61,066 nt of DNA from Mycobacteriales bacterium (GTDB lineage: Bacteria > Actinomycetota > Actinomycetes > Mycobacteriales > CADCTP01): the NCBI GenBank assembly GCA_039648995.1, contig JBBWZH010000215.1, forward strand, positions 1 to 61,066, in the 5' to 3' direction. Below, piece after piece: positions 12,301 through 33,957 of this stretch. The stretch's first letter is position 1. Each line of letters opens with the position of its first letter. Below the pieces are notes generated by a model. That model saw only the letters and a program-made list of their open reading frames with translations, ran no database searches and was not told where the DNA came from. The position numbers and the translations under genes are program-made.

Positions 12301-15300
12301 GCCCGGGAGATCCGGCCCGTGAGCACCGTGCCGCCGTCCCCGCTGGCCAGCGTGATGGCCGCGGCCAGCAGCGGGTGGGTGCTGGCGTCCTGGCCGAGGC
12401 TGGTCGGGCTGGTCGGGGCGGCCGGTTCGATCCAGTAGTGCCGGCGCTGGAACGGGTACGTGGGCAGGTCGGCGTGCCGGGCGCCGCGGCCGGCGAACAG
12501 CCCGGCCCAGTCCACCCGGTGGCCGTGGGTGTGCAGCCGCGCCAGGGCGGTGGTGAGGGCGGCGGTCTCCGGGTGGTCGCGGCGGGTGGCCGGCACCAGC
12601 AGCGGGGCCGGCTCGCCGGCCCGCGCCGCGAGGGTGTCGCCGGCGGCCGCGGTGAGGATCGCGTCCGGCCCGAGCTCGAGGTAGGCGCGGACGCCGTGCT
12701 CGGCGTGCAGCCCGCCGACCGCCTCGGCGAACCGGACCGCCCCGCGCACGTGCGCGACCCAGTACCCGGCCGTGGTGAGCTCGTCGCCGGTGGCGAGCCG
12801 GCCGGTCAGGTTGGACACCACCGGGATGACCGGCTGGTGGTAGGTCAGGGTCTGCGCGACCTGGCGGAACCGCTCCAGCATCGGGTCCATGTGCGGGGAG
12901 TGGAAGGCGTGGCTTACCTGCAGCCGCCTGGTCCGCCGGCCCTGCGCCTTCCAATGCGCGGCCAGCTCCGCCGCCGCCGCCGTGTCACCGGCGACCACAG
13001 TGGACAGTGGGGTGTTGGTGGCCGCGATCGCCAGCCCGGGCTGGCCGGCCAGCATCGGGGCCAGCTCGCTCTCGGTGGCCTCGATGGCGATCATCGCGCC
13101 GCCGCCGGGGAGCTGCTGCATCAGCCGGCCACGCGCGGCGACCAGCGTGCACGCGTCGGGCAGCGTGAGGACGCCGGCCACACAGGCCGCGGCGATCTCG
13201 CCGATCGAGTGGCCGGCCAGGAAGTCCGGCCGCAGGCCGAGCGACTCGACCAGCCGGTACAGCGCGACCTCGAACGTGAACAGCGCGGCCTGGGTGTACG
13301 CGGTCTGGTCCAGCAGCCCCGCCGGCCCGGCGCCGGACATCACCTCCCGCAGCGGCCGGTCCAGGTGCGGGTCGAACGCGGCGGCGATCTCGTCCACCGC
13401 GGCGGCGAAGACAGGGAAGTCCGCGTAGAGGCCGTCGCCCATCCCGGCGCGCTGGCTGCCCTGGCCGGTGAACAGGAACGCCAGCCGGCCCGGCTGCCCG
13501 GCCGTCCCGGTGAACACGCCGGCCGCGGGGCGGTCCTCGGCCAGCGCCGCCAGCCCGGCGACCGCCTCGGCCACGTCACCGGCCGGCACCGCCGCGCGGA
13601 ACTCCAGGCCGCCGCGGCCGGTCGCCAGCGTGTACGCGATGTCCGCGGCCGGCACGCCGGCCCGCTCCGCCCAGGACGCCAGCTGCCGCGCCCTGGCCCG
13701 CAGCCCCGGCGCGTCCGCCGCCGACAGCAACCACGGCACCGCCACCCCCGCCGGTGCCGGCGCCGCATCCGCGGCGGCCGGGACCGGGCCGGCGGTCGGC
13801 GCAGGGACCCGAGCGGCCGGCGCCTCGGTGGCCGGGCCTCCAGCGGCCGCCGCGACCCCGGCGGCGGCCGGGACCGGGCCGGCGGCCGGCGCCGCGGTGG
13901 TCGGGGCGGTGGGCTGCGGCGGCTCCTCGATCACGATGTGGGCGTTGGTGCCGCTGATGCCGAACGCGGAGATGCCGGCGCGGCGGAGGCGGCCCGGCCT
14001 GGCCGGCCACTCGACCGGCGTGTCCAGCAGCGACACCTGCCCAGCGGCCCAGTCCACGTGCGGCGTCGGCGCGTCCACGTGCAGCGTGCGGGGGAGGCGG
14101 CCGTGCGCGATGGCCTGCACCATCTTGATCATGCCGGCCACGCCGGCGGCGGCCTGGGTGTGGCCGATATTGGACTTGATCGAGCCCAGCCAGAGCGGGC
14201 CGCCGTCGGGCCGGCCCTGGCCGTAGGTGGCCAGCAGCGCCTGCGCCTCGATCGGGTCGCCGAGCGCGGTGCCGGTGCCGTGCGCCTCGACGGCGTCCAC
14301 ATCGGACGGTGCGAGCCGCGCCTGCGCCAGCGCGCTGCTGATCACGCGTTCCTGGCTGGGCCCGTTCGGCGCGGTCAGCCCGTTGCTCGCGCCGTCCGAG
14401 TTGACCGCCGAGCCGCGGATCACGGCCAGCACCGGGTGCCCGTTGCGGTGCGCGTCGGACAGCCGCTCCAGCAGCAGCAGCCCGCCGCCCTCGGCGAAGT
14501 TCGTGCCGTCGGCGGCGGCGGCGAACGACTTGCACCGGCCGTCGGCGGCCAGCCCGCGCTGCCGGCTGAAGCCGACCAGCACGCCCGGTGACGCGAGCAC
14601 GGTCGCGCCGCCGGCGACGGCCAGCGAGCATTCGCCCGCGCGCAGCGCCTGGCAGGCCAGGTGCAGCGCGACCAGCGAGGACGAGCAGGCGGTGTCCACT
14701 GTGTACGACGGACCCTCGAAGCCGAACGTGTACGAGACCCGGCCGGACGCGATGCTGGGGGTGACGCCGGTGAGCAGGTAGCCCTCGTACGCCTCGGGGG
14801 CATCCTGCAGGCGGGGGCCGTACTCGGCGCTGATCACGCCGGCGAACACGCCGGTGTCGCTGCCGCGCAGCGATTCCGCCGGGATGTTGACCCGCTCCAG
14901 CGCCTCCCAGGTCAGCTCCAGCAGCATCCGCTGCTGCGGGTCGGTGGCCGCCGCCTCCCGGGGCGAGAGGCCGAAGAAGCCGGCGTCGAAGTCGCCGGCC
15001 GTGTCGACGAAGCCGGCCTGGCGCACGTAGCAGGTGCCGTGGTGGTCGGGGTCGGGGTGGTAGAGCGCGTCGGGGTCCCAGCCGCGGTCGGTGGGGAAGT
15101 CGCTCATCGCGTCGGTGCCGGAGTCCAGCAGCCGCCACAGGTCCTCGGCCGAGGCCACCTCACCCGGGAACCGGCATGACATGGCGACGATCGCGATCGG
15201 CTCGTGGTCGCGCTCCTGCGCCGCGGCCAGCCGCTGCCGCGCGTCGTGCAGGTCGACCGCCGCGCGCTTGAGGTAGTCCCGCAGCCGTTCCTCGTTGGTC

Positions 15301-15302
15301 AC
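3312..15302 (-). CDS. Type I modular PKS, 2 modules: KS-AT(malonyl)-DH-ER-KR-ACP / KS-AT(methylmalonyl)-DH-KR-ACP (modules 3-4)
   Basis: ORF 3312..15929; the real start is probably GTG 15302 ([18 protein letters not shown] docking helix) or TTG 15314. Module 3: [28 protein letters not shown] plus HPALLD, ER LNFRDV..LGMYP and [13 protein letters not shown] and YAAGN, ACP GFDSL. Module 4: [32 protein letters not shown] and YAAAN, ACP GFDSL. C-terminal docking [10 protein letters not shown]. Confidence 0.96.
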   Translation of the reverse strand: MTNEERLRDYLKRAAVDLHDARQRLAAAQERDHEPIAIVAMSCRFPGEVASAEDLWRLLDSGTDAMSDFPTDRGWDPDALYHPDPDHHGTCYVRQAGFVDTAGDFDAGFFGLSPREAAATDPQQRMLLELTWEALERVNIPAESLRGSDTGVFAGVISAEYGPRLQDAPEAYEGYLLTGVTPSIASGRVSYTFGFEGPSYTVDTACSSSLVALHLACQALRAGECSLAVAGGATVLASPGVLVGFSRQRGLAADGRCKSFAAAADGTNFAEGGGLLLLERLSDAHRNGHPVLAVIRGSAVNSDGASNGLTAPNGPSQERVISSALAQARLAPSDVDAVEAHGTGTALGDPIEAQALLATYGQGRPDGGPLWLGSIKSNIGHTQAAAGVAGMIKMVQAIAHGRLPRTLHVDAPTPHVDWAAGQVSLLDTPVEWPARPGRLRRAGISAFGISGTNAHIVIEEPPQPTAPTTAAPAAGPVPAAAGVAAAAGGPATEAPAARVPAPTAGPVPAAADAAPAPAGVAVPWLLSAADAPGLRARARQLASWAERAGVPAADIAYTLATGRGGLEFRAAVPAGDVAEAVAGLAALAEDRPAAGVFTGTAGQPGRLAFLFTGQGSQRAGMGDGLYADFPVFAAAVDEIAAAFDPHLDRPLREVMSGAGPAGLLDQTAYTQAALFTFEVALYRLVESLGLRPDFLAGHSIGEIAAACVAGVLTLPDACTLVAARGRLMQQLPGGGAMIAIEATESELAPMLAGQPGLAIAATNTPLSTVVAGDTAAAAELAAHWKAQGRRTRRLQVSHAFHSPHMDPMLERFRQVAQTLTYHQPVIPVVSNLTGRLATGDELTTAGYWVAHVRGAVRFAEAVGGLHAEHGVRAYLELGPDAILTAAAGDTLAARAGEPAPLLVPATRRDHPETAALTTALARLHTHGHRVDWAGLFAGRGARHADLPTYPFQRRHYWIEPAAPTSPTSLGQDASTHPLLAAAITLASGDGGTVLTGRISRATHPWLADHAVAGTVLVPGTALVDLAVHAGDRVGCGRLAELVLAAPLILAAAGATDLQVTVGAPDGAGDRSFAIHSRLSAGDGVDLAGGGGGWTCHATGTVTAADPTTGPATAGDAGAWPPPGADPLDTAGLYDRLAARGYRYGPAFQLVRAAWRRGDEVYAELRLPDAAAAAGFGLHPALLDAALHPLADLELAAAGDSQDGLRVPFSWSGVSLHSTGASTVRARLRPAGGGAVTVDLTDVAGAPVLSVDSLVLRAIRADQLTAAPPTGPLYHVDWAPVPLPAAEPGGGWAVVGTGALPAAVLAAGPTATGHPDLDGAGAGPPPATVILCADTADPVGPGERTAAAARRGTARMLGLLQDALGDERLGDCRLVVLTRGAVAAGAGEAVDGLTQAPLWGLARTAQSEYPGRVVLVDVDGAPASYQVLPGALASGEPQLAVRAGDAWAPRLAVADEPLTPPPGPGSWRLDVTAAGSLQNLALVPADSATAPLPAGHVRLAVRAAALNFRDVLLALGMYPGEAPFGSEGAGVVLEVASDVTDLAPGDRVMGLIAGAITPVAVTDRRLLAPIPTGWSYPQAAAAPIAFMTAYHGLVDLGGLRAGEAVLVHAAAGGVGIAATRLARHLGAEVYGTASPGKWDTLRAEGLADADITSSRDLSFADRFAGRAVDVVLNSLAGEFVDASAGLLGSGGRFLEMGKTDIRDVAQMHARYPGISYQPFDLNDAGPDEHRRLLATLSALFESGQVRPLPVTVWDVRQARQAVRYLSQARHVGKVVLTLPAPLDPDGTVLITGGAGGLGRHVARHLVTAHGARHLLLASRRGPDADGVAELRAELAELGAEVTAAACDAADRESLAAVLAAVPAGHPLTGVLHLAGVLDDAPLDRLTPGQLEHVLRSKVDAAVNLHELTGGADLAAFVLFSSLAGIAGNPAQANYAAGNAFLDALAEHRYRRGLPAMALAWGPWQPTGGMTARLADADRARLARSGAVPLPVGDGLALLDAALAAGRPAVVPARLDQAALRARAGAGDLPALLRGLVRQPTRRAATADSAAGAPGLRGRLLGLPTAEQDRALGDLVRGQVAVVLGHGAAELIEADRAFSTLGFDSLTAVELRNRLNAATDLRLPATLLFDHPTTAALTAFLRAELLGTAGATPDGPAAPAVSTVDEPVAVVAMSCRYPGGVRTPEDLWRLVRDGTDAIGDFPTNRGWDLARLYDPDPDRPGRSYTDKGGFLADADEFDAGLFLLSPREALATDPQQRLLLETTWELFERAGIDPTSLAGSRTGVFAGVIAGEYASRLRNIPADVEGLLITGNTTSVASGRVAYSFGLEGPAITVDTACSSSLVALHLACQSLRAGECSLAVAGGVAVMSTPNTFIEFSRQRGLSADGRCKAFGADADGTGWGEGAGLLLLERLSDARRNGHQVLAVVRGSAVNSDGASNGLAAPNGPAQQRVIRQALAAAGLGPSDVDAVEAHGTGTALGDPIEAQALLATYGRDRPADAPLWLGSIKSNIGHTLAAAAVAGVIKMVQALRHGELPPTLHVDEPSPHVDWSAGTVALLREAVPWPDRTRPRRFAVSSFGISGTNAHAILEQAPGPAPEPDPASTVDADAPAAGPVTPWVLSGRDGPALRAQAGALLRHAEAHPDLSIVDVAGSLYGGRATLEHRAVVVDRDRAGLLAGLRAAAAGVPAPNLVTGVGFDPKPVVFVFPGQGSQWAGMAAELLDTAPVFRDRLHACAEALRPHLDWSLIDAVRGELPAPVLERVDVVQPALFAVMVALAELWRSYGVTPAAVVGHSQGEIAAAAVAGALSLDDAARVVALRSQAVAALAAGAGAMASVAAPVAAVRDRIARWDGRLSVAAVNGPQSTVVSGTPDAVGELVAAAVADGLRARRIPVDYASHSAQMDALRDRLLADLAGITPRPADVAYYSATTGDLLDTAALDAGYWFDNLRDTVQFERATRALLDRGHRVFVEVSAHPVLTVGLQETIEAAGCAEGRSAAAALGSLRRGEGGLDRFLLSAGEAYAHGLPVRWPAAFGGPTARVDLPTYQFRRTRYWLDAPAEPGDAAGLGLAGTDHPLLAAVVDDVEGDSVTLTGQLSARTAPWLADHVAGGATLLPGTAFVEMALRAGEEVGCDRVDEVTLEAPMVLAGDDTAQLRVTVGGRLPGGQRPVSIHSRPSESDGAGRGWTRHASGLLGHPAGGPPGSRPAGGPPDGPAGAPDPWPAAWPPAGAVPIEVAGGYERLAELGLAYGPAFQGLRAAWQVGAEIYAEVRLPATAAHAGFRLHPALLDAALHALALARPAAAGETRTVPLPFGWSGVTLHRAGATALRVRLRPSGPDAVAVAVADDTGAPVATIDSLTVRDTPLDALRNLRVDLRSALYALHWPVVDAPAGPPPGGWALIGAGPLALAPGLAAGGVEVPRYPDLAAVPDPPPTVAFAWAGADPAETDPAGAVRAATGRVLALAKGWQAVERPGATLVLATRGAVSTGPGDPVRDLAGAAAWGLARTAQAERPGTYVLLDLDDHPDSPAAIPAALATGEPQLAIRAGAVHVPRLAPAPAAGPAAAPWDPDGTVLITGGTGVLGGLLARHLAGTAGVRHLLLVSRRGPGSPGTAELAGELRELGAEVTIAAADVADRAELAAVLAAVPAGHPVRAVVHAAGVLDDGVLDALTPERVDAVLRPKVDAALHLHELTRELAAFVLFSSFAGVAGSPGQASYAAANAVLDGLASQRAAAGLPAISLAWGLWAPASELTGAADTARLRRSGLLPLGADLGVALFDRALAGGGPLLAPVRLDGAALRSRARAGTLPALFADLVRPADRQAGAAGGADELARRLAGLAGREQDQVIRDLLASTVAAVLGHPNPRAIELDRTFTEIGFDSLTALELRNRLGAGTGLRLPATLVFDYPTPAGLAGYLRAELATGEPGPVPVDLDGLEAELAGIGDADPQRPLIASRLRAILARLEGGADSAGAVSDQLAAASAVEIFDFIDNQLGRAVR
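13771..13890. repeat. 30-bp direct repeat pair 90 bp apart in an expanded Ala/Pro-rich KS-AT linker
   Basis: GCGGCGGCCGGGACCGGGCCGGCGG(T/C)CGGC at 13771-13800 and 13861-13890 (one mismatch); encodes AGPVPAAA twice. Confidence 0.75.
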
Positions 15303-15324
15303 CTGGCTGGTCAACCCGCCGCCC

Positions 15325-27102
<11,778 letters not shown>

Positions 27103-27225
27103 GCCGTCCGTCCTCCCGTACCACGCCGAGCCGCACTGCCGAGCGGCTGGAGCAGCCCGCCGCCGCTCGTGCCGCCCCAGGTGGGGGCCGGCCCGGTCGC
27201 GGCCCAGCCCCGGCGGCTGTCCGCC

Positions 27226-27272
27226 GTAGCCTCACCCGGGGCACTGAGGACGGGCTAAGCGGCTTCTAAACC
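27226..27272 (-). promoter_or_regulatory. Putative PKS operon promoter: three heptamers at 11-bp period followed by a possible -10 element
   Basis: Minus strand reads GGTTTAG-AAGC-CGCTTAG-CCCG-TCCTCAG, then 10 nt later GAGGCT, about 130-170 nt upstream of the PKS ATG. Helical-turn spacing is typical of SARP/OmpR-type operators. Inference only. Confidence 0.35.
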
Positions 27273-27458
27273 CACGCCGCCCGCCGGTGACCGCTCAGCC
27301 GCCGCCGGCGCCGATGGGCGGCAACGGCTCCGGGGTACGGCTCGGGCGCGGCCTTCGTCGCGTTCGTGGCGATGCTGCTCACCGCCGCGCGGTGCTGTTC
27401 CGGTGCCGCGGCGCGCAGTGAGCCGGCCGGCCTGGCGGACCGGGCGCGCCGGTGGCCG

Positions 27459-27791
27459 TCAGGCGTCCGCGGCGGAGTGGAACGCGTCGAGGACGGCGCG
27501 CCGGGTGGCCGGATCAGTCACGTACACCTCCAGACCCGACGGCCGCGCCACGACCCGCCGGACCCCGACCACCACCTGCTCGGCCCGCACCACAACCGCC
27601 CCGCGGTGCACCACCAGCCCCAGCGTCTCGCCCGCCACCGCCATCCCCCATTGTTCCCCGCCCACCGCCGCGTCGCGCGACCCTACGACCCGCCACCGCG
27701 CAGGCCCCGCCACATCACCTGACCACAGCGCGGCAGTCGTGGCGTCCGCCGCCACAGCGCGACCACCCACCTTGATCAACAACTCGCTCAT
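27459..27791 (-). CDS. Small hypothetical protein (about 110 aa, Val/Gly-rich)
   Basis: 3' part of ORF 27459..27989 from ATG 27791 (MSELLIKVGGRAVAAD...); co-oriented with the PKS; no family recognised. Confidence 0.4.
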   Translation of the reverse strand: MSELLIKVGGRAVAADATTAALWSGDVAGPARWRVVGSRDAAVGGEQWGMAVAGETLGLVVHRGAVVVRAEQVVVGVRRVVARPSGLEVYVTDPATRRAVLDAFHSAADA

Positions 27792-28347
27792 ACCGCTCTG
27801 AATTGGGCACATCGGGACGTAGTTGTCCCACTGGTCGCTGACCTCGGTGGACCGTCGCCAGCCAGTCGTTCCGTCGGCGCCGCCCAGCCGCCAATCCGGA
27901 CTGATCCCACGCGACGGGTCGAGCACCACAGGCGGATACGCCAGGACCTTACGAACGGGTGCCCATTGCATCCGTTGGGCACTCGACATGGACCTGGAAA
28001 GCGGGTCGAGGAAGATCGGCGCAGCATTCTCCAGTCGAGGCCGTGGTGGGGTCCACCCCGGCGAGGCGGCCCACCCCGCCGGCCGGCTCGACGCATGCCC
28101 GAACGAGCCGCATTAGTCACCCAGGGTACCCGCATCCGCAGTACGGCCAAGCCGCAGCCGTACCCGATGTGCGCAGCAGTCGTGCATCGACCGCGGTGAG
28201 AAAGTGGCTGGAGATGGAGAACAAGATCTACGGCGTGGCAGCGTATTCTTGTGCGGGAACGCCCTGGCGAGTGTGCGATGATGCCGGAGTTCCGCTGCCG
28301 GACGATGTCACGTACATGCGCGCAGGAATTTCCGGGAGACCGCCTGA

Positions 28348-29574
28348 ATGACGGACGTAAGGCCTGAGGGCGACGATCTTGCCGCGACATCGGCCGACCG
28401 CCGGAACGCACGGCTCTATCTGATCGGTCTCGGGCTCTCACTCGTCGGGGACAGCGCACTCAGCCTTGTTTCCGGGATCTGGGTCAAGTCCGACACCGGC
28501 AGCAGTGCCGCTGCCGGCCTCGTACAGGCGTGCATCTACGTTCCCTCGCTGCTCGCTCCGCTGGCCGGGCTGCTCGTCGATCGGATGCCGCGGCAGCGCT
28601 TTCTTGTCGTCGTGAACGTGTGCTCGGCATTCGTCGTGGCGGTACTCCTGCTGGTCACCGATCCGGGCCGGATCTGGCTCATCTACCCGGTGATGGTCGG
28701 GTACGGCGTCTCGCTGGTCCTGGTCGGGCCGGCCGAGAGCGCGCTGTTCGCGCACATGCTGCCGACCGCCGTCCGGCGGCGGGTGAACGGCTGGCGGCTC
28801 GGGATGCAGGAGATGGGCCGACTGGTCGCGCCGCTGCTGGGCGCCGCGCTCTTCACCTCGCTCGGTGGGCCGGCGGTGGCGGCCCTGGACGCCGTCACGT
28901 TCGTCGCCGCCGCTGCGGCGACGGCGCTGCTCAGGCCGCCGAGCGAACCCCCACCGCCGCCGAGACAGCGATGGCGGACCGAGATGGGCGCCGGGATCGC
29001 TCATACCCGGGCGACACCGGCGCTGGCCCGCATCGTCGGGACCGCGGCCATGATCATGGCCGTGTCCGGCCTCGGCGTGAGCGCGCAGTACAGCCTGGTC
29101 GAGGGCCTGGGAAAGTCACCCGGCTATTTGGGCGTGCTCACGGCCGTGCTCGGCGCCGGGTCCGTGGTCGCAAGCCTGGTGAGCTCTCGAATCATCGGGC
29201 GGCTCGGCCTGATTCCGGTCGAGCTGTGCGGGCTCGGCGCTTACGCGGTCGGCAGCCTGCTGCGGGTGTTCGACAGCAGCGCGGCGGCGATAGCCGGGTC
29301 CTTCGTCCTGGGCTTCGCGCTGCCGTGGGTGTTCCTGGTCACCCTCAGCGCGGCTCAGGATATGACGCCGACCTGGCTGCAGGGCCGGGTGAACGCCGTC
29401 GTCATCTTCCTCCTGTTCGCGCCGCAGGCACCGCTGCAGGCTGTTGGCGCGTTCCTCATCGCGCACTTCTCCTATCAGGCCATTTACGCGGCGTCGGCGT
29501 CGGCGGCGGCCGTCCTCATGGTGTACACCTATATCGCCGATTCCCGGATCAAGCGCGTGCGAAACGACAGTTGA
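28348..29574 (+). CDS. Major facilitator superfamily exporter (DHA3/macrolide-efflux-like)
   Basis: 408 aa with about 12 hydrophobic segments; motif A-like AGLLVDRMPRQRFL; N-terminal LSLVGD; C-terminal QDMTPTWLQGRVNA. Confidence 0.9.
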   Translation: MTDVRPEGDDLAATSADRRNARLYLIGLGLSLVGDSALSLVSGIWVKSDTGSSAAAGLVQACIYVPSLLAPLAGLLVDRMPRQRFLVVVNVCSAFVVAVLLLVTDPGRIWLIYPVMVGYGVSLVLVGPAESALFAHMLPTAVRRRVNGWRLGMQEMGRLVAPLLGAALFTSLGGPAVAALDAVTFVAAAAATALLRPPSEPPPPPRQRWRTEMGAGIAHTRATPALARIVGTAAMIMAVSGLGVSAQYSLVEGLGKSPGYLGVLTAVLGAGSVVASLVSSRIIGRLGLIPVELCGLGAYAVGSLLRVFDSSAAAIAGSFVLGFALPWVFLVTLSAAQDMTPTWLQGRVNAVVIFLLFAPQAPLQAVGAFLIAHFSYQAIYAASASAAAVLMVYTYIADSRIKRVRNDS

Positions 29575-29715
29575 CCGCGTCTGGTGCCCATCGCCGACCC
29601 CGTCTAGCATGGCCGTGTTGCCCGCCGGATTCATAGCCGCGGTCACCCGCCCCGGTGCCATTCGCGGCAACTTGTCGTCGTTTCTCGCGACCGTACAGGT
29701 AATTGAGGGAGCGGC

Positions 29716-30912
29716 ATGAGCCAGGTACGACTTCCCGGTTTCGTCGACGCCAACCGCTCGGGCGATCTCGACCCGTACCCCAACTTCGCCTGGCTTCGGG
29801 CCACGACGCCGATCACCCAGGTACCCGGGTCGGCGGGCGAGGGAAACGTCTGGTTCGTGACGTCGTACGCGCTGGCCCGGGCGTGCCTGGCGGACCGCCG
29901 GCTGAGCCACGAACGCACGAACGCGAAGAATGCCGACGGCCTGTCGCTGGACCACGGCGACATGCTGGGTTCGGACCCGCCGGACCACTCACGGCTGCGG
30001 CACCTGGTTAGCCCCGTGCTCAGCTCGGGCGCGATCGAGAAACTTCGCCCAATGGTGGCGCGGGTGTGCTCCGAACTCATCGACTCCTTCGCCGCGAAGG
30101 GCAGCGCCGAGCTCGTCGGGGAGTTCGCGTGGCCGATCCCGTGGGCGGTGATCCACGACTTCTACGGCATCCCCGAGTCCGAGCGGATGGAGGTGAGCCG
30201 CTGCATCGACCGGTTCCTCGTGGCCGGCTACATCGAGCAGCCGCTCGGCGGCGGCCCGGCGAGCGAGGAGCTGGGCGAGTACGTCCACCGCCTGATCGCG
30301 TACAAGCGGACGCACCGCGGGGACGACCTCACGACGCGGATGATCGAGGGGCTCGAGCGCGGCGTGGTGCGCAGCGAAGCGGAGCTCGAAGGCATGCTCT
30401 ACGTGCTCCTCGGCGCCGGCCAGGTGAGCACCGGGCCGCTCATTGCCGCGGCGGCGCTGCGGCTGCTGGAGAATCGGTCCGAACTGGCGCAGCTCATGGC
30501 CGGTCGGCGGAGTTGGCGGGCCGCCGCGGAGGAGTCGTTGCGCTTCGACTCGCCCGTGCAGACCTCGGTCCGCCGGTACGCGTTGGTGGACATGAAGCTG
30601 GGCGACGCCGAGATCGCGGAGGGCGACACTGTCGTCGTCTCGCTGGCCGCCGCGAACCGGGACACCGACTGGTTCGACGACGCCGAGCGGTTCGTGGTCC
30701 GTACACGCCGGTCGAACCTCGCGTTCGGCCACGGAATCCACCTCTGCATCGGGGCGCCGCTCGCCCGGCTGGAGGGTGAGGTGGCGTTGCGGCTGCTGTT
30801 CTCCCGGCTGCCGGGTCTCCGGCTCGCGATCGCACCGCAGGACGTCGCCTGGATCCTCGGTCCGAAGCTGCGCAGCCCTCGCGAGGTCCCGGTGGTCTTC
30901 GACGCAGGCTGA
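29716..30912 (+). CDS. Cytochrome P450 (CYP107-like) with atypical I-helix
   Basis: GAGGGAG RBS; DPYP, DPPDHSRLR, ExxR (EESLR), heme motif FGHGIHLCIG; I-helix reads AGQVST instead of AGxET. Confidence 0.95.
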   Translation: MSQVRLPGFVDANRSGDLDPYPNFAWLRATTPITQVPGSAGEGNVWFVTSYALARACLADRRLSHERTNAKNADGLSLDHGDMLGSDPPDHSRLRHLVSPVLSSGAIEKLRPMVARVCSELIDSFAAKGSAELVGEFAWPIPWAVIHDFYGIPESERMEVSRCIDRFLVAGYIEQPLGGGPASEELGEYVHRLIAYKRTHRGDDLTTRMIEGLERGVVRSEAELEGMLYVLLGAGQVSTGPLIAAAALRLLENRSELAQLMAGRRSWRAAAEESLRFDSPVQTSVRRYALVDMKLGDAEIAEGDTVVVSLAAANRDTDWFDDAERFVVRTRRSNLAFGHGIHLCIGAPLARLEGEVALRLLFSRLPGLRLAIAPQDVAWILGPKLRSPREVPVVFDAG

Positions 30913-30938
30913 GGCCGCCGGCGGTCCGGTGCGGCTGC

Positions 30939-31592
30939 TCAGTCCCGGGTCGGCAGCCGGCGGATGGCGGCGGCGGTCTCCGCGTCCGCCGCGCGGCCGC
31001 GGTCGATCAGGCCGGTGCAGATCCGGTCCCGGGTGGCGGCGTCCTTCTCCTGGCTCAGCTTGAACATGCCGTCCGCGGCGAGGACCGACATGGCGAACGC
31101 CCCGACGCCGGGGAGGATCCGCCGGAAATACTCCAGCGACCGGTCCTGCGTCCAGCCGAGGCCGAACCGGCCCTCGAGGCGGCGCGCGGTCTCGCGCACC
31201 ACCTTGAGTGTCTCGTCGCCCGGCGCAAGGGGCTCGATGCTGACGCGGGCGTGCACGACGCTGAAGTCCCACGTCGGCGCCGCCGGCTGCACGCCGTACC
31301 AGGCGGGGGACACGTAGGCGCCTGGCCCGCTGAAGACGAGCGTGCCATGCGTCCCGCCGCGCAGCGCTGCCCAGTGCGGGTTGGCGCGGTTCATGTGGCC
31401 GAGCAGCCGGGCACCGACCAGCCCGGTAGGGCCGCCGCCGTCGTCCAGGTCTCCGGCGGCCGGAACGACGGGCACGTGCGTCGCCCACGGCTCGGCCGCG
31501 CCGTTGGTGGTGAGCAGGGCGAGCGGGTTGTCGAGGACGAGCGCGCGTGCCCACGCCGGGTCCGGCGGGCGGTACTGGCCGGGGACGAACAT
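30939..31592 (-). CDS. pzbB: Piperazate synthase (KtzT/PzbB-type heme N-N bond-forming enzyme, PaiB/FMN-binding fold)
   Basis: MFVP start, GHMNRANPHW (candidate heme-ligand His), YVSPAWY, APTWDF, FKLSQEK; directly downstream of an ornithine N-oxygenase. Confidence 0.9.
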   Translation of the reverse strand: MFVPGQYRPPDPAWARALVLDNPLALLTTNGAAEPWATHVPVVPAAGDLDDGGGPTGLVGARLLGHMNRANPHWAALRGGTHGTLVFSGPGAYVSPAWYGVQPAAPTWDFSVVHARVSIEPLAPGDETLKVVRETARRLEGRFGLGWTQDRSLEYFRRILPGVGAFAMSVLAADGMFKLSQEKDAATRDRICTGLIDRGRAADAETAAAIRRLPTRD

Positions 31593-31596
31593 CTCG

Positions 31597-32946
31597 TCAC
31601 CGCGCGTTCTGGCTCACCGGCAGGTCGATCATCGAGGTGAGGATCTCCCCGGCGCGGACGGCCACGTTGGACAGCAGCGACGAGGACAGCCCGTGGGTGT
31701 GCTCGCTGCCGCCCTGGACGTAGATGCCCGCGTGCACCGCGTCGGTCGTCAGCACCTGGTAGGACCGGGAGATCCGCAGCCGGCCGTTCGCGTCGCGCAG
31801 GCACGCGCCGGCGATGTCTGGCAGCAGGTCCGTGGGGTCCATCTGGGTGTAGCCGGTGGCGAGCACGACCAGATCCACCGCCAGGCGCTCGCAGGCGAAC
31901 GTCTGGCGGGAGGCGAGGTCGAGCACCGGGCGGCCGTCGTCGGCGGCGGTGATGCCGGTCAGCTGCCGCATCGGGTACATGAGCAGCCGCGGCCGCCCCG
32001 CCACCAGTTCTCCATACACGCGCTTGTAGAGGTCGGAGATCAGGTGCTCGTCCACGACCGAGTAGTTCGTGTTGGCGTGGTACTGGAAGATCTGCCGGCG
32101 ACCCTCCGCGGTCGCCGTGTAGTAGTCGTCGACCGCGTCGGGGTCGAAGACCCTGTTCGCGAACGGCGTGTTGTCCGCCGCGCTGTAGCCGTACCGCTGC
32201 ATCACGCAGTACACGGTCGCGGTGTCGAACCGCTCGTGCAGGTACGCCGTGGCCTCGGCCGCGCTCTGACCGGACCCGACGACCGCGATCGATCGCGGCG
32301 GCGCGGCGCGGAGGCTGCCGACCTTCGACATCAGCTCCGAGGTGTGCCAGACGCGGTCGGACAGCGCCGTGCCGACCGGCATCCGGGGTGTCATGCCGGT
32401 TGCCAGCACCACGTTGTGGGCCCGCAGCGGCGCCGCGGCGGCCCGGGTGGTGGCGTGCCGGCTCTCGATCTCGAACATCGTCACCGTGCCCTCGGCGTTC
32501 ACCGGGCGGATCCGGGTCACCTCCCGGTCGTAGCCGACGAGGTTCCTGACCCCGTCGGCCACCCAGGTGAGGTAGTCGTGGAACTCGGATCGGGTGGGGA
32601 AGAAGTCCTTCTGGTTGATGAAGTGCGCCAGCCGGCCGTGCTCGAAGAGGTAGTTGACGAACGTGAACCTGCTCCGGGGATCGCGCATGGTGGCCAGGTC
32701 CTTGAGGAACGCGACCTGCATGGTGGCCCCCTCGATCATCATCCCGAGGTGCCAGCCGAACCGCGGCTGGCGCTCGAGGAAGGCCGCCCGGATCAACGGG
32801 CCGCCCACCTGCTCGTTGCGCTCCTGGACGGCAACCGCGAGCGAGAGGTTGGAGGGTCCGAACCCGATGCCGACGAAATCCAGCAGGTCGTGCCGCGGAT
32901 GATCGTCATCGGCGAACCTGGCGGCACTCCGACGTACCGACTCCAT
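31597..32946 (-). CDS. pzbA: L-ornithine N5-monooxygenase (KtzI/PzbA, IucD/PvdA family)
   Basis: FAD motif GIGFGPSNL, FGWHLGMM, FLKDLATMRDP, NADPH motif GSGQSAAE, DLVVLATGY, THGLSSSLLSN. Confidence 0.95.
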   Translation of the reverse strand: MESVRRSAARFADDDHPRHDLLDFVGIGFGPSNLSLAVAVQERNEQVGGPLIRAAFLERQPRFGWHLGMMIEGATMQVAFLKDLATMRDPRSRFTFVNYLFEHGRLAHFINQKDFFPTRSEFHDYLTWVADGVRNLVGYDREVTRIRPVNAEGTVTMFEIESRHATTRAAAAPLRAHNVVLATGMTPRMPVGTALSDRVWHTSELMSKVGSLRAAPPRSIAVVGSGQSAAEATAYLHERFDTATVYCVMQRYGYSAADNTPFANRVFDPDAVDDYYTATAEGRRQIFQYHANTNYSVVDEHLISDLYKRVYGELVAGRPRLLMYPMRQLTGITAADDGRPVLDLASRQTFACERLAVDLVVLATGYTQMDPTDLLPDIAGACLRDANGRLRISRSYQVLTTDAVHAGIYVQGGSEHTHGLSSSLLSNVAVRAGEILTSMIDLPVSQNAR

Positions 32947-32997
32947 TGCCCGGATACCTCCGTTGCGTTGTCTGCGGTTCGGGACGGCCGGGCCGGG

Positions 32998-33957
32998 CTA
33001 GCGCGCCGGCCGGCCGTCGAGGGCGTCGGCGGCGGCCTCGGCGACGTCGGCGGCCGACGGCAGGACGACCGCCTGCAGCGTCGGGCTCGCCGGGATGGGG
33101 CATGGGTCGCTCGCCACCACGCGCAGGCCGACGGGTTCCACCGCCCCGCTGGTGAGCAGGTGCAGGCCGAGGTCGTTCATCAGCGAGCAGGCACCGATCG
33201 CCTCGTCGACGAGCACGGCCGCCCGGGTGGTGGACGCCAGCAGCGCCACACCGTCGCGGTCGAGCGGAGCGGCCGTGCGCAAGTCGACCACCTGGGCGCT
33301 GATGCCGCGCTGGGCCAACTGGTCCGCGGCGGTGAGGCAGTCGGTGACGGTGTTGCCGATGCCGACGAGCGTGACGTCCGTGCCCTCCCGCACGCGGTGC
33401 GCCAGGCCGAAGGGGATCGGGTCGAAGGTGGGCTCGATGTCGGTGGCCGTGTCCCACCCGGGGAAGAAGATCCGCGACGTCTCCAGGATCACGACCGGAT
33501 CGGGGTGGTTGAGTGCGGTCGCCATGAGGCCGGCGGCGCTGTTGACGGAGGAGGGCACCGCGACGACCAGTCCGGGCACCTGACACAGCATCGAGTGCGG
33601 GACGTGCTCGTGCTGCGATCCGGAGTTCTCCCCGCACCGCGTGATGGCCAGGACGAGCAGCGGTACGGAGTACTGACCGTCGCTGAGGTACCGCCACTTC
33701 GTGGCCTGGTTCACGAGCGGGTCCATCGCGGTGAAGAGGAAGGCGGCCCGGGCGAGGTCGACGACCGTCCGCCGACCCGTCATGGCCAGGCCCACGCCGA
33801 TGCCCATCATCGCGTTCTCGGAGATCGGCATGCACACCGAGCGGTCTGCGCCGTACGTGCGCTCCCACCCGGCCACCCGGGTCGTCGCGAGGTAGGTCAG
33901 CTCGGGCTGCTCGTCCATGGCGCGTTCGAAGACGACGTTGATCGGGTGCTGGCTCAT
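32998..33957 (-). CDS. ThDP-dependent 2-oxoacid/acetoin dehydrogenase E1 beta-like subunit (transketolase C-terminal fold)
   Basis: ATG 33957 overlaps the alpha-subunit stop (ATGA); MPISENAMMGIGVGLAMTG, DPLVNQATKWRYLSDGQ, SGSQH, REGTDVTLV, VVDLRTAAPLD. Confidence 0.9.
   Translation of the reverse strand: MSQHPINVVFERAMDEQPELTYLATTRVAGWERTYGADRSVCMPISENAMMGIGVGLAMTGRRTVVDLARAAFLFTAMDPLVNQATKWRYLSDGQYSVPLLVLAITRCGENSGSQHEHVPHSMLCQVPGLVVAVPSSVNSAAGLMATALNHPDPVVILETSRIFFPGWDTATDIEPTFDPIPFGLAHRVREGTDVTLVGIGNTVTDCLTAADQLAQRGISAQVVDLRTAAPLDRDGVALLASTTRAAVLVDEAIGACSLMNDLGLHLLTSGAVEPVGLRVVASDPCPIPASPTLQAVVLPSAADVAEAAADALDGRPAR

Noticed and set aside
30939-31592. Annotation as PaiB/FMN-binding negative transcriptional regulator
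   Set aside because: Adjacency to an ornithine N5-oxygenase and the GHMNRANPHW and KLSQE motifs fit a piperazate synthase better.
31597-32946. Siderophore (hydroxamate) pathway
   Set aside because: No acyl/formyl transferase, iron-uptake genes or iron box seen; the partner gene points to piperazate.
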